This document shows, one piece after another, positions 30,301 through 43,280 of a stretch of DNA of 64,000 bases. The DNA is from Cyanophora paradoxa CCMP329 (lineage: Eukaryota > Plantae > Glaucophyta): the NCBI GenBank assembly GCA_004431415.1, contig QPMI01000090.1, positions 1 through 64,000 on the forward strand, in the 5' to 3' direction. The number at the start of each line of letters is the position of its first letter. Position 1 is the stretch's first letter. A model generated the notes under the pieces. The model did no database searches and was not told the DNA's origin. It was given only the letters and a program-made list of their open reading frames with translations. A program made the translations under genes and the position numbers.

Positions 30301-31306
30301 AGGACGAGGAGGACGGCGGGTACGAGGATGACGAGGAGGGGTACGCGGGGCCGGTCGAGCCGCCGACGGAGCTCCTCGCGGCGCCCTCGCCGCCGCCGCC
30401 GGAGCGCGCAGAGGCGGAGACGCAGACGGGTCGGGACGAGGAGGATGAGGCGGAGCGGGAGGCGGAGCGGGAGCGACAGGAGGAGGAAGTGGCGGAGGCG
30501 CAGCGGCTGCTCGCGGAGTGCCACGCCCTCCTCGAGGCCGAGACGCTCGGCCGCAGGGAGGTCCGCCCCCTCTCCTCTGACGCCCTCCGAGCCGGGGCTG
30601 AGGGGCGGGAAGCTGGAGGAGCGGAACCGGGCGCTGGAGGAGCGCGTCGCGGAGCTCGCCGAGTGCACCCGCCTGCAGACCAAGGCCCGCCCGCTCCTCC
30701 GCCTGCACCGCCCCCGCCCGGGGCGACGCGGGGCGCGCAGGCGCTGAAGGTGGCGGAGGCGGAGGCGAGCTCCCTGCGGAGCCTGCGATCCGCCTCGGAG
30801 GGCGCGCAGAGCCCCGCCTCCGCCTCGGGCGCGGCGGCGGGGGCGGGGCCGTCGGGGCCGCCGGGGCGCGGCGGCGCGGGGACTCCGGGGAGGGGCGGCC
30901 GGCGCTGGTGGAGGTGACGCCGGCGGGGCGGGCGGGGGCGAACATGGCGGTGCTGCCGCTCTCGCCCACGCGCCTGCGCTTCGAGGACGAGGACGCGGAG
31001 AACAGGGACCCCGCCACCGGCCTCTCCGTGCGCGGCGCCCCCAGGGGCGGCGAGAAGGGGAAGGAGAAGGGGAAGGCCAAGGGGAAGGCCGCCGGCTCCA
31101 TCCTCATGCGCTTCCTCCTCTGCTCCCGCAAGGCCAACGCCGCGACGCCCCGCAAGCCCCTGCCCCCCACCCCCCGCAAGCTCGTCCCCGTCCCCGCCCC
31201 CGCGTTCCCGCACCCCTTGAACGCCCCCGCGGTCCTCCCCGACCCCGCCCTCCCCACCTCCATCCCCGCCGGCCCCATCCCCGCCGCGGCCCCCGACAGG
31301 ATGTAG
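27337..31306 (+). CDS. Kinesin motor protein with C-terminal coiled coil, multi-exon
   Basis: VCVRVRP, GYNGTIICYGQTGSGKTYTM, NFNSSRSHA, VDLAGSER, NRSL.ALGNV and HVPFRDSKLTRLLQD. Start codon approximate. Confidence 0.92.
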
Positions 31307-31422
31307 ACGATACCGTACCCCCCGAACCTCCCCGACCTCCCGGCGGCCCTCGCTGCCCTGTTTGTTTGTATTTCGCACGAACCAGAGAAACACTGCCCGA
31401 CCGGCAGCTGGGGGGCTCGAGC

Positions 31423-33715
31423 TCACTGCGCCTGGGGCGCGGCGGGGGCCTGGAAGGCGGCGTACTCGTCGGGCTCGGCCCGCGCGACGCGCGCGGCGAA
31501 GGGCCCGTCCGCGCACGCGAGCATGCGCGCCAGGCTGCCGCCCCCTCGAGCTCAGCCGCCGCCGCCTGGATCGGGAGAGGGGAGAGCGGGGCGGGGACCT
31601 GGGGCGGGGGAGGCCGCGCGAGGCGAGGAAGGCGGCGCGCCGCCGGATGCGCTCCGTGCTGCCCCCGCCGCCCCCGAGCTCAGAGGCCCGTCCGGCGGCG
31701 GGAGAGCGCGCGGGGGGCGGCACCTGAGGGTGAGGAACGCCGGGAAGGCCGCCAGCTCCTCCGGCGTCGCCCCCTGGAGGCCCCAAGGATCAGAGGGGTG
31801 CGGGGCGTCCGTGGGGGAGGGGGTACGCACGATGTCGGAGAGCAGGGCGAGCTTGGACGCGATGGAGCTTGGGGAGAGGGAGAGCACGACGGGCTTCTTG
31901 GATACGAGCTGGAGGGGTACGCCGTTGTCAGGGCAGGAGGGGTGCATGGTCTATTTCGGGCACCTGGAGGACGGCAGGGCGGGGCAGGCCGGCGCGCTCC
32001 AGCGCGTCCAGCTTGGGGACGAGGCTCGAGGGGGCGTAGTTGAATATCTGCGGGGGTACGGCGATCGGCGGGAGGGAGGGGCCCCGGGCGGGGAGCTGCT
32101 GGACCTGCGGGAAGCGGTGGACGATGGAGGCGATCTGGGGGGGGGGGGGGGGGGGGGGGGTGAGCCGACCTCGAGGGGCGCGGCGCGGCGGGGGGCGGGG
32201 CGGCGGGGCGCGCCTGGGCGTGGGAGAAGCCGAGGGAGCGGAGGAGCTCGGTCTTGGGGCGCAGGTTGGACTCGAGGCCGTAGCTGAAGATGGGCGCCCG
32301 GGCGGCCACGGAGCGGGCGGCGGCGGGGGAGAGCCCGAGCCCCTCCAGGAACCGCAGCTTCGGCGCCACGTTCGACTCCACCCTGCGCCCCCTTCGGGCG
32401 CGGCGCGCGAGGGGCCCGGCCGCCCCGCGCACCCGTAGGTGAAGAGCGGCGCCTTCGAGACGCACTGGCGGGCCCCGCGCCGGCCGGCCGGTCAGCGGGC
32501 CCCGCAGGGGGTACAGCACGGGGCGCCGTGGTCGGGGGGGGGGGTACCTGCTTCAGCTCCTCCTTCGTGAAGCCCTCGGCGAGGAGGAAATCGACTACCC
32601 GCTGCGCCTTCTCCACGCTCACTGCTCCCGGCGCGGCTCGGAGGGGTACGAGGGATGGCTGGGGGGTGCGGGTGGACGGTTGGGGGCACCGTTGAGGAGC
32701 TGAGGCATGCGGCGCAGAATTCGGCCTGCCTGCGCCTGGCCAACGCCCAGCTGCCGGGGTACTGTCAACCCGCCGCTCGGCCGAGGTGCGCGGCGGGGGT
32801 ACAGCCGCACCTGGGAGAGGACGGCGATGAGCTGCGTGGCCTTGTGCAGGGTCACCGAGGACTGCGGGGCGAACCGTCGGGAGGCAGGCAGGGGGGCGGG
32901 GCGCGGCGGGGGGGGAGGGGAGGGGGGTACGGCACCTCGGCGAAGTGGAAGCGGGCGCCCCACTGGTGCCACGCGCTCGCGTCGACGAGCTCGATGTCCG
33001 CCTCCGCGACGCTCGCCACCTGCTGCGGGGTCGGACGCGAGACCGGGGGGCGCCCGCAGATCGAATCCGGGAGGCGCGCGCGCGCGCCTCGACGTCGCTG
33101 AGGCCGAGCGCCTCGAGGTGCCCGGCGGCGAGCAGGATCTCATCGGCGTCCAGCTCGAACAGGTCCGGCCGGCGCTCTGCCTTGCGCTCAGCTCAAAGTA
33201 GATGCGCGTGCGCAAGCACGTGAAATCGCTCCCACCGTGCAATGATTTGATCTGCTCCAGCTCGAGGCCGGCAGCGACTAGCGCGGACTCGACAGCGCTT
33301 AGCACAACGACGGGACCCTCGTCCTCCTCGTCCTCCTCCTCTTCTGTTCGGAGCGGGGGCGGCCGCGGGACATCGGGCTCGTCCGCCGCGCGCCTCACGG
33401 GGCGCCGTCGCCTTGCAGCGTTCGAGCTTGGTACATAGCTAATGCCCGCAACGCTCTTCTTCGCCCTCCCGCGCCCGCCGCTGCGATCGGGGGTCAGACC
33501 GCGCGCACGACAGTGGAACGCCAGGCGTACGCTGGTCGTTCCGCGGCAGCGCTGCCACTCTGCGCGCAGAATACTGGCGCGTAGATCTGAACGCCCTGCG
33601 ATCTCCTCGCCAGCGCCCTCCGCCCACTTAGCCCGTCGAAGGCCAGCGGCCGCAGCACGGGAGCGCATCCGACTGCCCGCGCTGGTCGGATCGCCGGGAC
33701 TGCGGCTACGAACAT
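31423..33715 (-). CDS. mTERF-domain protein, probably plastid-targeted, multi-exon
   Basis: Repeats such as VESNVAPKLRFLEGLGLS...PIFSYGLESNLRPK.ELLRSLGFS. N-terminus MFVAAVPAIRP; C-terminus FAARVARAEPDEYAAF. Confidence 0.8.
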
Positions 33716-33833
33716 AGAGAGGGCGGAAGCCCAGCCGGCGGCTCGAAGTCCAGAGCTAGCGCCTCTAGCAGACTCTGAGACTCTGGCCAGGGGGATACAG
33801 TCACCGGAGGAGGCCAGCCAGGCAACCTCACAA

Positions 33834-36455
33834 ATGACGGAGCACGCGCACAAGTCGTCGAGGACGCATTGGGTGGCCTTCGCGGTCGCCCTGCTGGTCG
33901 GAGTCCTCGCGGCCGGCGTGCACCGTGCGATGAACCTACCGACCCGACAGGAGGCGATAGCGGAGCATCTTGAAGCACTGGTGGTGCGTCCGCTCCATGC
34001 ACCGCCTGTGAGCGCAGTCTGACCCGTCGCAGGTCGACCCAGGCAAGCAGAACGTGCGCTCTGCCGCTCGGACCGCGGTCGCCTGTGCCGCTCGGTTACT
34101 TACGTCTCGCCGCAGGCTGTTGCTGAGCGCCTCGCCGCCGCATTGAAGTGCGGCCGCGTCTCCTGTCCACGTCGACGTCCGGCCAGACTGACGATGCGCA
34201 GGTTCCAGACCGTCTCTTCTCTTGCATACGAGGACCACCTTGGGCCTTCCGCGCGCGCGATGACGGACCTGCACAAGTGATTGCCGCCCGCGCGCCGCGG
34301 ATCAAATCGCGCGGGGAGCGGCGCCGAGGGGGCGGCAGGTACCTGAAGAAGACGTACTGGCGGGCGCACCGGGAGCTGAAGGTGGAGACGGTGGCGGGCC
34401 ACAGCCTTCTCTTCACGTGGCAGGGGAGCGACCGCTCGCTGAAGCCCGTCCTCCTCATGGCCCACCTCGACGTCGTCCCCGTCGCCCCGGGCACCGAGGC
34501 CGAGGCGCGCCCCGCCCCGCTCCACACACTGCCGCCCTCGCACGCGGGCCCGAGCCGGGCGCGCGGGGCGCAGTGGAAGTACGGCGCGTTCGACGGGAAG
34601 ATCGCCGAGGGGCACGTCTGGGGCCGCGGCGCCATCGACTCCAAGGCGCGCGCCTTCTCTTCTGGATTTTCGCCGGTGCAGGGCGCTGAGGGCGATGCGG
34701 GGCGGCGTAGGTGGGCGTGATCTGCATCCTGGAGGCGGTGGAGGAGCTGCTGCAGAGCGGCTTCAAGCCGGCGCGCACCGTCTACCTCGCCTTCGGGCAC
34801 GACGAGGAGGTCTCCGGCACGCTCGGCGCCAAGGCCATCTCCGCCAAGCTCCAGGCCGAGGGTGCCCCGGCCCTCCCGCCCCGCCCCGCCCCTGCGCCCC
34901 GCCCACGCCGCCCGCCAGGCGTCCAGCTCGAGTTCGTCCTCGACGAGGGCTCCACCATCCTCTCCGACTACGCCCAGGCGCCCGCCCCGCCCGCCCCTCG
35001 CACGCGCCCCGCCTGCTGAGGCCGCCCCACCGGCCCCGGGCCGCGCAGTTCGGCGTGCAGGGCCGCGCCGCCCAGGTCGCGATCGCGGAGAAGGGGATGC
35101 TCAACGTCGAGCTCAGCGTGCGCCCGGGGGCCGCCGCCCGCGGGGGTTACGCAGTCGCCGGACCCTCGTGACGACGGGGTGCAGGTCTCGGTGGCGGCGG
35201 GCCACGCGGCGCGCCCGCCCCTCACGGGCACCGCCATCGGCATCCTCTCCGCCGCCATCGCGTGCGCCCGCACCCCGTACCCCCCGCCCGCTCGCTCCCC
35301 CTCCCGACGGGGGGGCAGGCGGATCGAGGCGGCGCCGATGCGGCCGCGGCTGGTCGAGCCGACGACGCTTCTCTTCGACGCGCTGGCCCCTGAGGCCCCG
35401 GGGCTCCTCCAGGTGCCGGGGCACATCCTCTTCCGCCCCGCACGCCCCCCCCGACGCCCCGCGCAGCGCCTCGCTCTCTCCAACGTGCCGCTCATCCGGG
35501 TGCGCTCGGGCCCCGGCCCCTGGCCCCCGGGGCGGGCCTCTGAGGCGGGGGCAGCCGCTGCTGGAGCGCTTCATGGTGTCGGACCAGATGCAGGCAGCCA
35601 TGGTCCGCTCCACCTGCACCCCGACCATCTTCCACGGTGCGCCGCCCCCCGGGAGCCTCCCCTCGCTCGCCTCCGAGCGAGCGGGCGTGGGGGGGCAGCG
35701 GGCGTCAAGGAGAACGTCCTCCCCGGGCGCGCCGCGGCCACCATCAACTGCCGCATCCTCCCCGTGCCCTCCCCCGCCCCGCACCGCACCGCCCCGGCCC
35801 GCTTCGGCTGAAGCGGGCGCAGGGGGCGACCTCGGGGGACATCCTCGCGCACGTGCGCGCCGCCGTCGGCGACGAGCGCGTCAACATCACCGCCCTCTCG
35901 TGCGCCCCGCCCTCCGCCGGGCGCTCGGAGATAGGAAGGCGCCCCGCCTGAGGCCGCCGGGGCGGCAGGACGTGGTACTCGGAGCCGTCGCCGTCGTCGC
36001 CGGTGGACGGGGCGCCCTACCGCCTGCTCGCCCGCACCGTGCGCGAGGTCTACGGCCGGGAGACCCTCGTCCTCCCCATCCTCATGTACGGCGCCACCGA
36101 CTCCCGCCACTACAACCCGGTGCCCCGCCCCGCCCCCTCCCGCCCCGAGCCGCCCGCCCGCCCGCCCGCCCGCCGCCCGCCTGACCCCGCCCCGCAGCTC
36201 TCGACCAGCGTCTTCAAGTTCTACCCGTGCGGCCGCCCCCCGAGCGGCCGCGCCGCCGCCTCATCTCACGCGGCCCCCGCCCGCAGGCTGATGTACCCCG
36301 GGGAGCTGAACTCGGCGGCGCACGGGTCGAACGAGCGGATCCCCGTGGAGTCGCTGTACCCCGCCGTGGCCTTCTACGCGCGCCTGCTCAACGCGACGAC
36401 GCACGAGGTGCAGCACTGGCACGTGCCGCTCGAGCTCCGCCGCCCCTCCTCCTAG
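33834..36455 (+). CDS. M20 family metallopeptidase (PM20D1/carboxypeptidase S-like), multi-exon
   Basis: N-terminal TM segment, PVLLMAHLDVVP, VWGRGAIDSK, FGHDEEVSG, LDEG, GATDSRHY and HGSNERI. Confidence 0.92.
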
Positions 36456-36639
36456 GCCCGCGCCCGCGAGCTCCGAGGGCTCCGCGCAGCCGGACCGGCT
36501 CCGCCGCGTCACTTCCTTCCTGCTTTTCTAGGTCTACACGTTAAGAGCTGCTTTAAATTAGTTGAAACAGAACCTTGTAGAACAAGACCATGAACCTGAC
36601 TGCGATACTGGCCCTAGTATCTGTACAAATAGTTAATGA

Positions 36640-39600
36640 TACTGGACGGCGGCTGTGCGGCGCGGGGAGAGGGAGGGTGCGAGGGGCGGGAGAGGGGGCA
36701 GGGGGATGGGGGCCTCGCCGGAGGCCAGCCGCCCCGCCTCGGCGAGGAGCTGGGGCGAGGAGGACGGGTGCCCGTGCGCGGCCGCGCCCAGCGGGCCGGG
36801 CCCCGGGGCCCGCGGCGAGCCCGGGAACGTCGACGCGAAGGCAGACGGGGAGGCCGCGACCCCCGACCCGGATGGCAGGAGCAGCTGTGGGGGCACGGGG
36901 CGCTGCCTGCGCGGGCCAGCGTCAAAAGAGGGGCGCGTATGAGCGGGGAAGGTGCGAGGCCGCACCCAAACTGCGGCTGCGACTGCGGGTGCGTTGGCGA
37001 GCCACCGCCGGCACCGGGGTACGAGTGCGCGGGCTGCAGGGCGGATGCGGATGCGGGGTACACGTGCGCGGGATGGAAGGGGGGCGAGGCGGATCCGGGG
37101 TAGGAGAGGGTGGGCTGGAGCGGGGAGGCGGGGCCGGGGCTGCGGGCCGCCCCCTCGGGGGAGTAGGAGGAGGCGGGGTGCGTGGGCAGGCCGGACGCGG
37201 GGGGGGAGGAGTGCGAGCCCGGCGGGCTGTGCCCGTGGGGGTTCGGGAGGGCAGAGGGGATGGCCGGCAGGAAGTGCTCCCCGTCCTGCCGCGGGGCGAG
37301 CTCAGGGGGCGCTCGAGCAGCGGGAGGAGGGAGGGAGAGGGCGGGCCTGCACGCGAGAGGGCCCGCGGGGGAGGGGATCGGGGACGGGGAGTGGCCGGGC
37401 CGCGGGCTCTTCACGTTCTGCGGGGGCGGGTTCGGGGGCGGCGCGGCGCGAGGGCCGGGGCAGGGCAGGGCGCGCCTGGTCCGAGCGCGGCGCGCGGCGC
37501 CGGAGGCCGCCGCCGCGCAGGGCGCCCATCGCGTACTCCACCGGCGCCGCCTCCTCCTCGTCCCCCAGCTGAAGGCAGGGCGGGGCGGGGCGTCAGGGGC
37601 GCTGAAAGAAGGTCGAAGGAGCGGAGCGCGCACGAAGTTCTGGGGCGCGAGGGCCATCCCGTCGCGGTGCGGGGCGTAGGGGGCGGGCGAGCGGGGGCCG
37701 AGGGCCCGGGGCGATGGCGGGGCGGCGGCGGCGGCGGCCGGGGCGGATCCGTCGACCACGGAGAGGCTCGCCGAGCGGCGCCTGGTGCCCTGCGGCTCGC
37801 AGGCCTCCTCTGATGGGGAGAGGGGGTCCGCGGCGTCCAGGGGCCCGGGGTCCGCCAGCGAGTGGCGGCGGAGGGGCGCCAAGCCCGCCGAGGGGGTGCG
37901 AGCGAGCCCGGCGCCGGGACTCCCCCGCGCGGCCTGCGGGATCCGCGGGGGCGGCCTCGACTGGCGGCGAGTCCGGCGGGCTGCCGCGCCCGGCGTGCCC
38001 CTCCTCGGGGCCAACGAGGACGGCCGGCGGGGCGGGCGGGGCCGCGGCCGCGGGGAGAGCCGCGGGGCGGAGGGCGGGTGCGGCTCGAGGCTGGGGCGGC
38101 GGCCGCCGCGGGCGGGGAGGCGGAGGCGGAGGCAGGCGGCTCAGCGGTCGGGGGCGAGCCTGCGGGCGACGGGCGCGCGGGCGAGCTCGAGGGGCCCTGG
38201 GGGAGGTTGGGGGCCGCGCCCCGGCGGGTGCAGCCCCGCCGAGGCGCGCAGGACCGGCACGCGGGACGAGAGCTGCACGCCCGCCCGCGGGGACGGCGCC
38301 GGCCGCTCGCCCGCCTCGCGCGGGCTCCCCGCCGGCTTCGCAGCGGCCCCGGCCCCGCCGGCGCCGGCCTCGGCGGTGCGCTTCGGGGGCTGGCGTCCCT
38401 TGCGCGGGGCCCCCGCGGGCTGCCCCTCTGCGAGGCGGCGGCCGGCGGCAAGGGCGACAGGGTCGCGGTGGACACCTCCGGCCCCGCGGGAGGGGCCCCC
38501 GCCGCCGGCCGCCTCGCAGGGCCGGGCGCTGGCGCGCTCGGCAACGGCTGCTCTGGCTCCGGCGGTGCGGGCTGCGGCTCGGCGGCGGGGCTGGACTCGG
38601 CGGCGTCCTCCTGGGATCGCGCCAGCTCGAGACCGGGCTCGATTCCCGAGAGCGGCAGCGGGGGAGGCAGCTCGCGCTTCGGGCGGGCCTTCGCCGGCTG
38701 CGGCTGGGGCTCCGTCGCCACGGGCTGCCCGCCCTCCCCGGAGGGCTCGCACGTCGCGGACCGCCCGCTCTCCCTGGCAGCCTCGCCGTCTGCGGCTGGA
38801 GGCGAGGGGGGCTGGTTCGACAGAGGCGGCGGGGAGGGCGGCGGGGGCGCTGCGAGGGCCCCCGCCTCGGGCGGGGCGTCACCGCCCGTCGCCCCGCGAT
38901 CCGCCCCCAGCCCCTGCGCGTCCCAGCCGACGCCGGCATCGACGTCGTCCGCCTCGAAGGCCCCGGCGGGAGCCGTGCCGGCCACCGCCAGCGGGCCCTC
39001 CTTCGCGCCGCAGGGCGGCTGCCCGCGGGGCTCCAGGGGCGGCATCGGGCGCTGCCGGATGAGCGGTTCCCGCGGCGGCGGCGGCGGCGTCGTCGGGGCC
39101 GCCGCCTCCTCTTCCCACGGAAAGGTCGGCGGGCGCTCCGCCGACGACGCGTCGGGCTCCGGGGCCGGAGGCGCGCTCGCCTCCTCCTCCTCGCCCTCGC
39201 CCTCGCCCTCCTCCTCCTCCTCCTGCTCTCCGGCGGCGCGCCGCTCGACGAGGCGGTCGGTGCGGACGTCGGAGCAGAGCGGCTCGCGCTCGTCCTCGTC
39301 GTACAGCGCGTGGATCATCTCCGCGCTCTTCCGCCGGCGCGCCAGCACGTCCAAGGCGGAGGCCGTCCCTCGGTGGCGGTGCACGGAGCCGGCGAAGTTG
39401 AGCATCAGGGCGCCCTGTCGGACTAGGTCCAGCATCGCCGCGTGCTCCTGCGTCCCGGGTCGCGGGATCCTGCGCCACCCGCGCGTTCAGTGGACAGAAG
39501 GCATCGGGCAAGCAACGCGAGTCCACTCCACGAAAACGTACCTTGACCAGTCGATCTCCAGATGGAGCTGATCGTGTAGCGCAGTGTCCACCTCGGCCAC

Positions 39601-40144
39601 CGGCGGCAGCGGATCCGCTGGCTCGGAACCAGGCGGCTCAAAAGCGGCCGCCGCCATGCTCGATAGCAGTGGCTAACCCCCGCAACACCACGTACGCGCA
39701 GTGGCGCCTCTTTGAAGCGCAGTCGCGGCGTTCCGCGTCAGCCGCTGCTAGTATCCCATCGTGCGCAGTTCAATGAGTCGTGCTCAGTTCTACAAGGTAG
39801 CTGCGCAGGGCTGCTGGCAAGTCGGTCGCTGAGCTGGCCTTCACTTTCGACCGTACCCCACCCGATCCAGCTCCGCCTTCTCGCGGCTCTCCTGCGCGGC
39901 AGCGGCGATCGGCATCCGATTCAACGCGTCCTAGAAAAGAAGCGCGCACGTGTAGCGCGTGTGGGGACCAGCGAGCAACTTGACAGAAGTCGTCAGAGTC
40001 GTCAGAGTCAACAACTGCATGCAGGCCCTCAGCGCCGCGGCGGGCGCCGCGGTAGCAGTGTACAGGCGCGCCGCACGGATGCTCTCGTGCGTCTGCGGGA
40101 CGTGCTGCGGCGGAAATGAGGAGGAAGAAGAGGTGCGCATGCAT
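36640..40144 (-). CDS. Hypothetical protein with a globular N-terminal part and a long Pro/Ala/Glu low-complexity tail
   Basis: Coding-like blocks (LHLEIDWSRYVFVEW; MLDLVRQGALMLNFAGSVHRH...EPLCSDV). Boundaries approximate. Confidence 0.45.
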
Positions 40145-40409
40145 TGGCGTGCGGGCGGGCGGTGGGTGCGCGTACGTGGAACGACGAATTAAGCCTGCCG
40201 CGCTGCATTCCTGTGAGAGCCGGCGCGCCGCGTCGGGGCGGATCTTTGCGCATATGCATGAAGCGCCCCTTGACTGCCGGCCGCAGGTGCACGAAACCGA
40301 GGCGCTTGTAAGAGAAGCGACGAGCGGCGAAGGTGCATATTCGCTTCATACCCGTGTGCGCCCCGCCCCGAAAGCACGGCGATCAGGCCGCGCAGGGAAC
40401 TGGCTGAGG

Positions 40410-41253
40410 ATGGCGGCGATGCGGCCGGGCGCGTCGGGCGCTGCCCCTGCGCCGATCCTGGGGCCCGCAGCGGCACCGACGGCGACCTCCACGTCGTCCT
40501 CGACGATGGACTCGGACATGGCGCTGGCGCGCTCGTTGCAGGAGGCCGAGATGGCGACGGCGTTCCTCCAGGCCCTCGCGAGCGGCGCCATGGGCCCCCC
40601 CGCGCACGACCAGGGTGCGCGCCCGCACCATAGATCTGCTCCCGCGCGCTCCTTCCTCCGCTGCTTCCTCCGCCGACGCGCGACGCAGGCGGCGCGCCGG
40701 TCTTCCACCCGTCGGCGGCGCGCGCGGCGGCGCGGGGCAGCCGCCTCGCGCGCCTCGCAGCGGCGCAGGGGCGGCAGCCGCAGGAAATGCAGGAGGAAGC
40801 TGCGGCTCGGCACGAGCGCGCCGCGCGGCAGAGGATACTGCGCACGCTGCCCACGCGCATGTTCGTCGAGGGGTCCATGAAGGAGGACGCCTCCTGCGCG
40901 ATCTGCCTCGGGTCCGCGTTCTCCTCCTCAAGCTCTCCTACCCTGCTCGAGCCGTTCCTGCAGGGACTACGCTGCCGGAGAAAAGATCCGTACCCTCCCC
41001 TGCCTCCACGTCTACCACCAGGTCCGCGCTGCACTTCTCGCCCCCCCGCCGCACTCAGCCCATCCCGAACCCGAACCCCCCTCCTCCCCACCCTCTTTCC
41101 CGGCCCGCAGGAGTGCGTCGACATGTGGGTGCGCCGCCCCTGGTCTCGGCCGGCGCCTTTCCGCGCTGACGGGGCGCCCGGCAGCTGCTGAAGAAGGGCC
41201 TCTGCCCGAGCTGCAACTGGTCCATCTCCTCCACCGAGTTCGGCGCCTTCTGA
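40410..41253 (+). CDS. RING-H2 E3 ubiquitin ligase
   Basis: Spliced CAICLG|DYAAGEKIRTLPCLHVYHQ|ECVDMW|LLKKGLCPSC, plus a D.ALARSLQE.E motif. Confidence 0.88.
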
Positions 41254-41590
41254 GCGCCGCGCCCGCCCTCTCCCCCATTGCACAGGGAGGCCGTTCTCGT
41301 GCAGCTTGTTAGCCATATAGCTAGTGTTACGTAGTTGCTTTCAATAGGGTAGCGGGTCCTGTCGAGCAATGGCAAGCTAAGTAGTACTCTAGCCAGCTGG
41401 AGCTTAATTCGTCATGTAGGTAGACGTAGTCATGCAGCTCGAATCGCAATCGCGCAGCCTGGCAGCTGAAGAAAGAATTCGAAGATACGGTACGGGTCGC
41501 GCTTGAGCCACGGAGGCCGCCGAAAGAAGCATAGCGTGCGATCCCTATCTTCGCATCAAAATGAGCGGATGCAGGGCTACGGCCGGGCGG

Positions 41591-43239
41591 TCAGTCGCCG
41601 CGGTTCCTGGCGAGGATGCAGTCCGCGAGCTCCACGGCCCCGGGCCCGCCCTCGCCCCCGCCCTCGCCCTCCACCGACCGCCCCTCGTTCTCCGCGATCC
41701 GGCACCCCAGCGCCTGCCGCGCCTCAGCCGGGTCCAGGGCGGGTCCGGCGCTCCGCGAGCCTCTCACCCGCGAGGGCGTGTCCGCGCGCGCGGCGTATCC
41801 CCTCTTGGCCACGATGCCGGCGCCGCCGTTGCCCGTGATCTGAGCCGCGAACCGTGAGCGGCGGCAAGCCGCAAGGGTACGCGGATTCTGGACGCGCCTC
41901 GCATCGGTCCAGCGTGACGCAGGCGTTCTCCAGACTCACGCCCTCGTATCTTCGGGGGTACGTGAAACGCGAGGCGGGGCCGGGGGTGGGCAGTACCGGG
42001 ACGCGGACCTGCAGTTGCGAAACTTCGTGGACACTGCGGCCCACGTGCAGCCGGCCGGCCGGGATCCGCCCCGCGCCTGCGGGGGCTCGGGGCGTGAGCG
42101 CAGACGGAGGAAGGGGAGGGGCGGTCGGGAGGGGGGCACCAGGAGGCCGCGGTCGCACTCGAAGAGGTCGCAGGCCTCAAACCGCACCGAGGCGGCGTCG
42201 TCGACCTCGGCGCCGGGTCCCCCGCACGGGCCCACCCCGCACCCCGCCGCCGTCAGCGAGCTCTCGCCCCCCGCCACCACCAGCCCCTGGCCCCCGCTGC
42301 TGATCCGGCACCCCGTCACCCGCGCGAAGCCTCTCCGCACTTGCACCTGTTCCGCAGAGGCGTCAGCTCGAGCCCTAGCGCGGGGCGGCGGGGGGCGGCC
42401 GGCTCGGGCGGCCGGGGGGCCGGGCGCGGCGCACCGCCGGCGCGTTGCCGCGCTGCCTGATGACGACGTTCTCGACGCTGACGGAGGCGCCGCCGCTGAC
42501 GTCGACGCAGGCGTAGCCCGTGGCGCCGTCGTCCTCAATCACGGGGGCGTCCTGCCCCTCCACGCCCGCCAGCACCACCTTCCCAGCGCACGCGCGGTTC
42601 GCCTGCAGCACCGGCACGCCCTGGGCGGCCTCCGCGTGCGCACCGGGACGGACGAGGAGAGGGAGACGCGCGCATACGTCCCCGGCATCAGGCAGATGCG
42701 GCCCCCGCCCGCCTCCTCGAGCGCCCGCGCAGCCTCGGCGACGGTCCTCACGCCAAAGACGCCGAAGCTGTCGACAACAATGGCGACGCCGTTGCTCGCC
42801 AGAGCCAGTGGCGGTGCTGAGGGCACTGCGCACGTACGCGCCCCACGCAGGAGACGCGTCAGAGAGTTCGGTCTGTCGACTGAGGAGGCGGTTTCGCTCT
42901 ATAATTGCCAGTCGCCCCCGGCCCGCGCACGCTTCAACCCCGCCCCCAGTGTCCACGAGCCACATGAAGGGTTTGAAACGCACCCGGCAGAAGGGATATA
43001 GCGACATCGCTGACGCTCGCCATGGCCATCTTAACAAGCTCGAGCGTGGCGCGCTGCTCTTGGCACTCGTGCACCGCCAGAACGTATACCCCCGCCAGAG
43101 GGTGAACTTGGGCAAAGTTCCGAGAGGCCATCCACGACGGCGCTGCGTAAGGATGAAGAGCGAGTTGGAAGACTTATAACCACCGCCGCTTTCACCAGGC
43201 GCCGGCCGTGGCGGTTCTCGAGCACTGGCGGCCTTGCAT
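41591..43239 (-). CDS. Right-handed parallel beta-helix repeat protein
   Basis: TVAEAARA..GGRICLMPGTY, CVDVSGGASVSVENVVI, VTGCRISS.GQGLVV and FEACDLFEC..GL repeats. Start approximate. Confidence 0.65.
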
Positions 43240-43280
43240 TCTCCTGAAGTCGACCGCGTAGCGCGCGCGTTGAACCGGCA

